Assembly (NCBI GenBank): GCA_964388035.1
Contig: CAYLZE010000142.1
Coordinates: 1 to 11,222, forward strand
Reading direction: 5' to 3'
DNA from: an uncultured archaeon
Lineage (GTDB): Archaea; Asgardarchaeota; Lokiarchaeia; Sigyniarchaeales; SOKP01
DNA length: 11,222 nucleotides
Shown: one piece after another, positions 1-6,533 of the stretch
Numbering within the stretch: the first letter of the stretch is position 1
Layout of the letters: each line of letters starts with the position of its first letter
Made by a program: the position numbers and the translations under genes
Notes under the pieces: model-generated
Told to the model about the DNA's origin: nothing
Databases searched by the model: none
Seen by the model: only the letters and a program-made list of their open reading frames with translations

Positions 1-1
1 C

Positions 2-160
2 AAGGAATCAATATATGAATCACGATCTAAAAAAATCTTAAAATGGTGAAGTAAATATCCCCAGGAAATTAAATTTGTTCGCTCCCTACCGAAAAGTGCA
101 GTTGGATAAATTTTAAGAAGAGTAATTCGAGATAAGGAGACTGAAAAAGCAGGTAAGTAA
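2..160 (+). pseudogene. Degraded C-terminal fragment of an AMP-binding (ANL superfamily) acyl-CoA synthetase, FadD-like
   Basis: Frame 2 reads KESIYESRSKKILKW*SKYPQEIKFVRSLPKSAVG*ILRRVIRDKETEKAGK*. KYPxEIxFVxxLPKSAVG(K)ILRR is the ANL A10 motif. In-frame stops are TGA 47-49 and TAA 107-109, the latter at the catalytic Lys. The natural stop is TAA 158-160. The 5' part lies outside the window. Confidence 0.85.
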
Positions 161-164
161 TAAA

Positions 165-232
165 CTATAATTATAATTTTATAATCACTCTTTTAATTTT
201 CCATTATTTATTTTCTATTCCATTTGTTTTTA
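165..232 (+). terminator. T-rich tract, possible archaeal-type oligo-U terminator after the ligase remnant
   Basis: Several T4-T5 runs follow the stop at 160 (ctcttttaattttccattatttattttct...tgttttt). Confidence 0.35.
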
Positions 233-433
233 AACCTTCTAATAGGAGAACTAGCATTAGATTGTGAAGATAACAAATTAAAATTTTCATATTTTAAAAT
301 CCATTCAGGGACAACATGTTTTTTTTACTTTCCCTTAAAAGATCAGTATAAGGTAAAAAGAATCGTTTTTTAAGTGAATACAATCATTCCTTACTAAGAT
401 GGTTAATTTAATCTTTAAGTGCTCCAAATCTAC

Positions 434-1603
434 TTAAAATAAATAAGGCGAATTTGTGATCTGTTCGGGTCTTCCCTTTTTTATGATAAAATTATCTTCC
501 AAATCAATAGCGCCCCAATTGGGGATAATTATTTTAGGTTCTAATGAGATTACCATGTTCTCTTCCAAGATTTCTTCATTATTTGCTAGGATATAAGGAG
601 GTTCATCTAACTCAAGACCGAGTCCGTGTCCAAGCCCCTGATAATAATATCCATCACCTTGAAAATAGGTTCCCAGATTTTTTTCATCTAAAATTGCTTT
701 AATCTTTTCATGGATAAGTTTTATAGAATTTCCTGCCCGTAAATACTCATTAGCAACATCCAGATAGGTATTTTTCAAAAGTAAATACCTTTCCTTAAAG
801 TTCTCGGGATATGTTTCAACAAAATACGTTCGTGCATGATCTGCATGATACCCTTGATATAGTACTGCATAATCGCACATCACGATATCACCTTTTACTA
901 GTCTTCTATCACTATAACAATAGGGCACGGCATTCGAAGTACCGCTTCCCGATAAAATAGGGAACGTGCTAGGCACCCAAAGATTTTTTCCACTTGCTAA
1001 AATAAACCAATTTTTTAAATATCCATTCACGATAGTAAAATGCATGCTGCCGTTTTTCATTGATGCGTGCATTACTTCCGCCGCAACTTCATTCTCTCTA
1101 ATTCCAGGTTTTAATATCTGGGGTATTACTTCTTGAGATTTTTCCGCTACTTTTCCCGCTTGACGCATTATCTCTAATTCGGCTGAGTCTTTAATCATCC
1201 GTAATCTCCTCAATTTTATTTCAATATTTACGATTTCAACCCCTTTTAACATGCTTTGATAGGAGAGAAAATAGGAAGCAGGCAAAGTATCCAATTCCAT
1301 TCCGATTCTTAAGTTCTCCAAGGAAGGATGATCTTTCTTCAGATACTCAACAATTTGACTAGTTTTTTTTAATTCGATTACATCTTTCAAAACGGATTCT
1401 TTTTGAGCTCTAAAAAAGTTTCTTCGAATAAATAAGTTAGATTCTCCGGTCTTTGAAAGCAAAAGGACTCCATATTGGGCAGTTCCAGTAAGCCAATATA
1501 AGTTTTGGAGATTAGTTATAAGGATATAATCTAATTCCTCCTCTTCAATTAAATTAAAGGTTTTCTTAAAGCGAATTTCGTAATTGAACAAATGATTCGG
1601 CAT
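434..1603 (-). CDS. M24-family (Xaa-Pro aminopeptidase/prolidase/creatinase fold) metallo-hydrolase
   Basis: 389 aa. Creatinase_N-like start (LDYILITNLQNLYWLTG) and linker LRMIKDSAELEIMRQAG. The five metal ligands lie in CDYAVLYQGYHADHARTY (D, D), GLGHGLG (H), SLEPK (E) and DLEDNF (E). Confidence 0.93.
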   Translation of the reverse strand: MPNHLFNYEIRFKKTFNLIEEEELDYILITNLQNLYWLTGTAQYGVLLLSKTGESNLFIRRNFFRAQKESVLKDVIELKKTSQIVEYLKKDHPSLENLRIGMELDTLPASYFLSYQSMLKGVEIVNIEIKLRRLRMIKDSAELEIMRQAGKVAEKSQEVIPQILKPGIRENEVAAEVMHASMKNGSMHFTIVNGYLKNWFILASGKNLWVPSTFPILSGSGTSNAVPYCYSDRRLVKGDIVMCDYAVLYQGYHADHARTYFVETYPENFKERYLLLKNTYLDVANEYLRAGNSIKLIHEKIKAILDEKNLGTYFQGDGYYYQGLGHGLGLELDEPPYILANNEEILEENMVISLEPKIIIPNWGAIDLEDNFIIKKGRPEQITNSPYLF

Positions 1604-1623
1604 ACTATAGTAGAAAAATTAAC

Positions 1624-1648
1624 ATTGAAAAATAAACATTGTTTCAAT
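1624..1648. promoter_or_regulatory. Dyad ATTGAAA-N11-TTTCAAT enclosing the putative TATA box of the M24 gene
   Basis: Perfect 7-bp inverted arms at 1624-1630 and 1642-1648. The minus strand reads GAAACAATG-TTTATT (BRE/TATA-like), with TTTATT at 1636-1631, about 30 nt upstream of the ATG at 1603. Confidence 0.55.
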
Positions 1649-1764
1649 ATCCACCATCTCCACATTTCTATGATTATTTCAAAGTTGTAATTAAAGAAAA
1701 AAAACCCTGTTTTCATGTTAATCTCGCATTTTTCAGAAGACATTATTTGATTTCAATATTTAAA

Positions 1765-1789
1765 TTTGAATTTTTATAAAATATTCAAA
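1765..1789. promoter_or_regulatory. Dyad TTTGAAT-N11-ATTCAAA enclosing the putative TATA box (TTTATAAA) of the plus-strand operon
   Basis: Perfect 7-bp inverted arms at 1765-1771 and 1783-1789. TTTATAAA at 1773-1780. Same TTGAA-N13-TTCAA core as the 1624-1648 site. Confidence 0.55.
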
Positions 1790-1800
1790 ATTCGATATGT

Positions 1801-1872
1801 ATAGACATGCACAACACAAAATTTTAAAAAGGAGGTGATCTTTTCACAAATAACATCGTTGTGTATATATAT
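1801..1872 (+). promoter_or_regulatory. Candidate structured 5' leader RNA of the ECF operon
   Basis: ATGCACAAC (1807-1815) pairs with GTTGTGTAT (1858-1866) with one G-U, extendable to 1801/1872 with two mismatches. Inner hairpin AAAAGG (1827-1832)/TCTTTT (1839-1844). Contains AAGGAGGTGATC (1829-1840). No known riboswitch consensus recognised. Confidence 0.4.
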
Positions 1873-1904
1873 TCATAATAAAAAATTTAGGTGTTTAAAA
1901 AAAT

Positions 1905-2549
1905 ATGAGTTTTCGTGAAAGTGGTAAAACAAGCGAAAAATGGACCACAAGGGATATTTTATACGTGGTAATTCTTGCCGTTGTCGGTGCAATTTATTCC
2001 ACATTTTCTCCATTGGGCAGCATAATTAATACAGCATTTCCATTTCCAGGTTCTGGATGGTTAGTAGCGGGGATCCATACCATGTTCATTTTAATAGCTT
2101 TTGGTTTGACACTTAAGTACTTTTCAGCGACAGCAGCAGGGGCAATTAAAGGACTTTTTGAATTGATTTTTGGAAACGTAAGGATTGGCGTGTTAATAAT
2201 TGTTCAAGCTGCAATGATTGGACTTATCATTGACATTTTTTATTTTCTGTTCAAAGCTTTAAATAAAGAAAAAGCACAAAATGATGAGGGAATTCTTAGC
2301 TGGCTTCTTCCTTGGACGATTGGCTCGGGGATTGGATCAGCATTAGCACTCCCCATTTTCTATGGTGCCTTAGGTTTATTGGAAAATCCTACCATGCTAG
2401 CCACATTGCCATTCATGATGTTCATTGCTTTTATTTCCGGCGTCGTGTTTGGCGCTATTGCTCGCGTAATCAGAGAAGTAATCGTGAAAGCAGGCGTGCC
2501 TTCTGCTATTATAAGAGGAGAACCACCTTCAATAGCTACTACGCAATAG
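1905..2549 (+). CDS. ECF transporter S (substrate-binding) component, substrate unresolved
   Basis: 214 aa, about 6 hydrophobic helices. N-terminal WTTRDILYVVILAVVGA is typical of S components (reminiscent of YkoE-like ones). Directly upstream of the A and T genes. AGGTG at 1889-1893 is a weak RBS. Confidence 0.85.
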   Translation: MSFRESGKTSEKWTTRDILYVVILAVVGAIYSTFSPLGSIINTAFPFPGSGWLVAGIHTMFILIAFGLTLKYFSATAAGAIKGLFELIFGNVRIGVLIIVQAAMIGLIIDIFYFLFKALNKEKAQNDEGILSWLLPWTIGSGIGSALALPIFYGALGLLENPTMLATLPFMMFIAFISGVVFGAIARVIREVIVKAGVPSAIIRGEPPSIATTQ

Positions 2550-2559
2550 TGAGAGAAAG

Positions 2560-4224
2560 ATGGTTGAAATTTCAATTGAGGATCTTACATTTATTTATCA
2601 AGGATCCACTACTCCAGCCCTGAAGGATATTAATCTCTCTATTCCGCAAGGGAGCTTCATGTTAATTGCAGGACCCTCTGGAAGCGGAAAAAGCACGCTA
2701 GTAGATTGCATAAATGGGTTAATCCCTCATAGATATAGAGGGCGTGTGAAAGGAGTTGTTCGAGTGGACGGAGAAGATTGGTTTGATGTGGATTATTCCA
2801 TTTTAAGTCAGAAAATTGGGTTGGTAAGACAAGATCCTGATTCTCAGTTGGCTTGTGAAGATGTTTATTCTGAAGTAGCTTTTGGACCGGAAAATTTATG
2901 TCTTTCTCGAAGTGAAATCAACGAGCGGGTGGAATGGGCTTTAAAAGCGGTAGATGGCATGAGACTTATTAAAAGGAAAATAGCCACCTTATCGGGAGGA
3001 GAAAAACAGAGGATTGCTATTGCTTCCATGCTTACCATGAAGCCAGAGATTCTCATTTTGGATGAACCGAGCTCTTTTCTGGATATTCCCGCAATGCAAA
3101 CTCTTTGTAAGAATTTAATAACTCTCCGAAAAATGGCTCCGAAAATGACGATAATCATTATAGATCATGAATTATTCAATATTCTCCCATTAATACAAAA
3201 TTTAATTATCATGAATCAAGGAGAAATCTATCTGGAAGGACATCCTATAACCTTAATAACAACAAGACTTGATGAAGTAGAGAAAATTGGGATAAGAATT
3301 AATCCCGCACTTTTAAATTACATGAAGGAAATGATCCCCGATGAAACAACAGAATCAATTAAAGAAGGAAACCAAGATTATATATATAAGAAATTAAACA
3401 AAAAGTTACTATTTGAACTGGAGTGCATGAATGAATTTAATGAAAGATTGCAATTTACAGGAGTTCCCTTATTAGAAGCAAAAAACTTATCTTATACGTA
3501 TGAAAAAAATGACTTAGAATCATCAAAGAAGGGGCAAAAACCTTTATATCCTAATAATAAGCTAGCTATTAAAAATCTTGATTTTAAAATCTATGAGGGA
3601 GATTTTATTTCTCTCATGGGGAATAATGGAAGCGGAAAAACAACCTTATTGAAATTATTAGCCGGACAATTAAAACCCACGAAAGGTACTATTCTTTATA
3701 AAGATCATGAGCTCTCATCCCTAGATCCTTTTCAATATCTTAAAAATAGTGGAATGATTTTTCAAAATCCAGAACACCAATTTTTCAAGAGAACAGTTCA
3801 AGATGAAATTTATTACGGTCCAGACAATTTCAACCTAGAAAGATCCTCAATTGAGACGTATGTTGCCACGTTAATCAATCATCTAAAGTTAGATCAATAT
3901 TTATCAAAGTTACCCTTTTGCTTGAGTTGGGGAGAAAAAAGAAGAGTAAACATGGCTAGTGTTCTTTCCTATCTACCAAGCATCCTATTTCTGGATGAAA
4001 TCTTCATTGGTCAAGATCTCCATAATGTGATGATTCTCCTCAAAGTTCTAAAAGGATTAAATCGGAGATTAAATCAAACAATCATTATATGCACCCATAA
4101 ACCCGATTTGATTCTAACCTTAGCTAATCGGGTAATTTTAATGGATAAAGGCGAGATTATTATAAATGGAAGCATAAAAGAAAATTTAACCAATATATAC
4201 AATTTTTTTTTTAATTATAACTAA
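2560..4224 (+). CDS. ECF transporter duplicated ATPase (fused A-A')
   Basis: 554 aa with two ABC domains. First: GPSGSGKST, QDPDSQ, LSGGEKQR, LILDEP. Second: GNNGSGKTT, FQNPEHQ, LSWGEKRR, LFLDE..GQD. The QxPxxQ Q-helix and VAFGPEN are ECF/CbiO-type signatures. Confidence 0.95.
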   Translation: MVEISIEDLTFIYQGSTTPALKDINLSIPQGSFMLIAGPSGSGKSTLVDCINGLIPHRYRGRVKGVVRVDGEDWFDVDYSILSQKIGLVRQDPDSQLACEDVYSEVAFGPENLCLSRSEINERVEWALKAVDGMRLIKRKIATLSGGEKQRIAIASMLTMKPEILILDEPSSFLDIPAMQTLCKNLITLRKMAPKMTIIIIDHELFNILPLIQNLIIMNQGEIYLEGHPITLITTRLDEVEKIGIRINPALLNYMKEMIPDETTESIKEGNQDYIYKKLNKKLLFELECMNEFNERLQFTGVPLLEAKNLSYTYEKNDLESSKKGQKPLYPNNKLAIKNLDFKIYEGDFISLMGNNGSGKTTLLKLLAGQLKPTKGTILYKDHELSSLDPFQYLKNSGMIFQNPEHQFFKRTVQDEIYYGPDNFNLERSSIETYVATLINHLKLDQYLSKLPFCLSWGEKRRVNMASVLSYLPSILFLDEIFIGQDLHNVMILLKVLKGLNRRLNQTIIICTHKPDLILTLANRVILMDKGEIIINGSIKENLTNIYNFFFNYN

Positions 4225-4244
4225 AAAACAGAATTCAGATCAAT

Positions 4245-5366
4245 ATGTTTGTTAGAAAACAGTTAGAAAGAAGGGAAAGTAAGAATTTTTTCTTTCAATT
4301 AAATCCCATGGTTAAATTCCTATTTTTAATCATTTTTTCACTTGCATTATACATGATTACAGAATTAATTCTCATTTTTATCATATTCTTAATTACTATT
4401 TGTATTATTCCTTTAACTGGTCTTAAATTTAAGGAAGTAAAGACCAGTATTTCATATTTACTTAAAATTCAAGTTATTACCTCTATTTTTTCCATAATAG
4501 GTTGGTATGAAGACGGGGTGGAACCCTTATTTTATCCTTTTCCCCGGAATTGGCCAATTTTAGGGGATGCACTTCCAATCTTTCATAAAGGACTTTATTA
4601 TAGCGTTAGAAATCCCCTTATTATCTCAATTGTGTTACTAACTGCTTTAATTTTTATATATACGACGGATCCTCCCAAATTTGCAACCTCTCTCAATCAT
4701 CAATTGAAAGTCCCCATACGTGTATCACAATGTTTGATTATCGGCATGAATTTTGTACCTATCATCCAAAATGAAATGCACATTCTCCGTGATGCACAAA
4801 GAGCGAGAGGGGAGAATTTATTTGATTTCACAAAAAAGAAACGAGCAAAGAACACCATAATGTCAGCATTGTCCTTTCTTACTACTTTAATGATTATCAT
4901 TTTACGCAAGGTAGATAATCTTAGTGTTTCTTTGGACAAAAGAGGTTTGGGCCTTTATAAAGAGAGAACGGAAGAACCAGTGAGATGGAATAAAAAAGAT
5001 ACCATCATCTTGATCATTACATTAGTAATACCGCTATTGATCATACTTTATAATTTTAAATTGTTTACTTTAAATGTACCCAGTCTACTTTCTTTATTTA
5101 CAAAATGGGGTATTATAGGATGGGTTACGAATAATCAATGGATTTTTGGAGCATTTATCTTTTCTTGCGTTGGTTTTTTCATACTTTTAGTTTTAAATTT
5201 TTATAGAAAAAGGAAGACGTTGAAAAAAAATTTAGAAAGTTTAAATGATTCTACTCTCTTTCCAGAACAGATCTATTCTGAAAAATTAACGGAAGCGGTA
5301 AAATTAATTAAGAGTTTAGATAATACCCTTGAATATCCTATTACTGCGGGGTTTACTAAACATTAA
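4245..5366 (+). CDS. ecfT: ECF transporter T component (EcfT/CbiQ family) with C-terminal extension
   Basis: 373 aa. LNPMVK start, YTTDP, coupling-helix motifs DAQRARG and SLDKRG, multiple TM helices. Confidence 0.9.
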   Translation: MFVRKQLERRESKNFFFQLNPMVKFLFLIIFSLALYMITELILIFIIFLITICIIPLTGLKFKEVKTSISYLLKIQVITSIFSIIGWYEDGVEPLFYPFPRNWPILGDALPIFHKGLYYSVRNPLIISIVLLTALIFIYTTDPPKFATSLNHQLKVPIRVSQCLIIGMNFVPIIQNEMHILRDAQRARGENLFDFTKKKRAKNTIMSALSFLTTLMIIILRKVDNLSVSLDKRGLGLYKERTEEPVRWNKKDTIILIITLVIPLLIILYNFKLFTLNVPSLLSLFTKWGIIGWVTNNQWIFGAFIFSCVGFFILLVLNFYRKRKTLKKNLESLNDSTLFPEQIYSEKLTEAVKLIKSLDNTLEYPITAGFTKH

Positions 5367-5390
5367 ATAAAAAATTAAAAAAAGTGAATG

Positions 5391-5414
5391 AAATTAACTA
5401 AAATTAGTCAATTT
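5391..5414. promoter_or_regulatory. Near-perfect palindrome upstream of the radical SAM gene
   Basis: AAATTAACTAA-AA-TTAGTCAATTT (10 of 11 bp match), running into TTTTTAAAT (5412-5420). Confidence 0.3.
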
Positions 5415-5440
5415 TTAAATCAATAAATTTTCTAAGAAGT

Positions 5441-6472
5441 GTGAAGATATTTATGAAATGTACTAATTGCGAATATAATTGCGAATTATCAGAAAATTGG
5501 TCCGGAATATGTAACATGTATAGAGTTAACGATTCTAAAATAGAAAATAGATTTTATTCGGAATATTTAATCAGTGAATTTTATCGGACGTGGATTGAAT
5601 CGGTTCCAATGTTTCATTTCATGCCGGGCATAGTCATCATTAATGTGGGTACGATTAGTTGCAATTTTGATTGCAAATATTGCCTGAATGAACGTTTGGC
5701 CCGCGTTAATCCAAGTAATTCTGAACGAATAAACTTATATCCTGAAAACCCAGAACGGTTACTTCGACGAGCAAAGTTAGGGGGGGCAAGAGCAATCGTA
5801 TTCGGGGAAAATGAACCGGCTGTGAGCATGAATTATGTTTTGGACCTTGCCAAGGAATGTCATAAAAACAATGTACCCTTTGGGATTTCGACGAACGGAT
5901 TTATGACAACCAAGGCATTGAATCCCTTACTCGAAGAAGGAATTGATATTGTGAATTTCGATATAAAATCTTTTAACCCGCAATTCCTAAAAGATATAAT
6001 AGGCATAAAAGGCAAACTTGCAGAGGAAGCTAAAAATATCTTTCTGAGAAATTTAAAGATAATTAATAATGATGCAAATGTAAAAATGCTCGAAGTTAAT
6101 ACTCCGGTGCTACATAACATGAATAGCTTCGAAATCGTCGATATCGCAAAGGAAATTGCAAATATTAGTAAGAAAATTCCTTATCATGTGCAAAGAGTAG
6201 TTCCAGAATATCAATATAAAGATCCAAATCCTAATATTGGACAAAGATTAGATACTAAAGAATATTATCAAGAAATTAAAGAGATGTTGGATTATGCCTA
6301 TTTTGGAGCTTTTCCTAATTCTCCACACGTGGATACATATTGCCCCAATTGTAAAAAACTTTTGATTAAAAGGGCCGACCATGGCGGATGTCAATGTGAA
6401 TTATTAACTAATGCGTTAACCACAAATCGTTGCCCAAATTGTAAGGAGGAAATAAATATAATTTTACCTTAA
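5441..6472 (+). CDS. Radical SAM enzyme, AmmeMemoRadiSam / PFL-activating-enzyme-like family
   Basis: CNFDCKYC (CX3CX2C, 5660-5683). N-terminal CTNCEYNC-x8-GIC cluster, IESVPMFHFMPG, NEP, STNGF, NFDIKSF. C-terminal DTYCPNC...RCPNC zinc ribbon. The start may be ATG 5453 rather than GTG 5441. Confidence 0.92.
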   Translation: MKIFMKCTNCEYNCELSENWSGICNMYRVNDSKIENRFYSEYLISEFYRTWIESVPMFHFMPGIVIINVGTISCNFDCKYCLNERLARVNPSNSERINLYPENPERLLRRAKLGGARAIVFGENEPAVSMNYVLDLAKECHKNNVPFGISTNGFMTTKALNPLLEEGIDIVNFDIKSFNPQFLKDIIGIKGKLAEEAKNIFLRNLKIINNDANVKMLEVNTPVLHNMNSFEIVDIAKEIANISKKIPYHVQRVVPEYQYKDPNPNIGQRLDTKEYYQEIKEMLDYAYFGAFPNSPHVDTYCPNCKKLLIKRADHGGCQCELLTNALTTNRCPNCKEEINIILP

Positions 6473-6533
6473 AGAAAAAAAATACAAGTAAATTTGGAAG
6501 TGAAGCCTCCAAATATAAAATGATTAATAGGGG

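Noticed and set aside
47-49. In-frame TGA at a position where ligases often have Cys (possible selenocysteine)
   Set aside because: The same frame has a TAA at the catalytic Lys and an apparent deletion, and I see no SECIS-like hairpin. Simple decay explains it. Seven of the nine intact genes end in TAA, so TAA recoding is implausible.
224-373. 49-codon TTG-initiated plus-strand ORF (MFLNLLIGELALDCEDNKLKF...) as a possible small protein or RiPP precursor
   Set aside because: No RBS or promoter evidence, no recognisable motif and AT-biased composition. It cannot be supported without conservation data.
1549-1743. 64-aa minus-strand ORF
   Set aside because: Overlaps the M24 start in another frame and runs through the promoter region, with Phe/Ile-rich AT-driven composition.
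1829-1840. AAGGAGGTGATC as a fragment of a minus-strand 16S rRNA gene
   Set aside because: The match is limited to 12 nt and the flanks have no rRNA similarity.
1604-1904. Known riboswitch (TPP, cobalamin, FMN, SAM, Moco) upstream of the ECF genes
   Set aside because: None of the conserved cores is visible and the region is too AT-rich and short. Only an unclassified hairpin is reported.
3922-3936. Deviant ABC signature LSWGE in the second ATPase domain
   Set aside because: LSxG(Q/E) variants are common in the second domain of fused ECF ATPases. Walker A, Walker B and the H-loop are intact.
5441-6472. RiPP maturase interpretation (radical SAM plus peptidase plus transporter) or true PFL activase
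   Set aside because: There is no SPASM/twitch or RRE domain, no convincing precursor peptide and no glycyl-radical enzyme in the window. The architecture matches the AmmeMemoRadiSam-like type.
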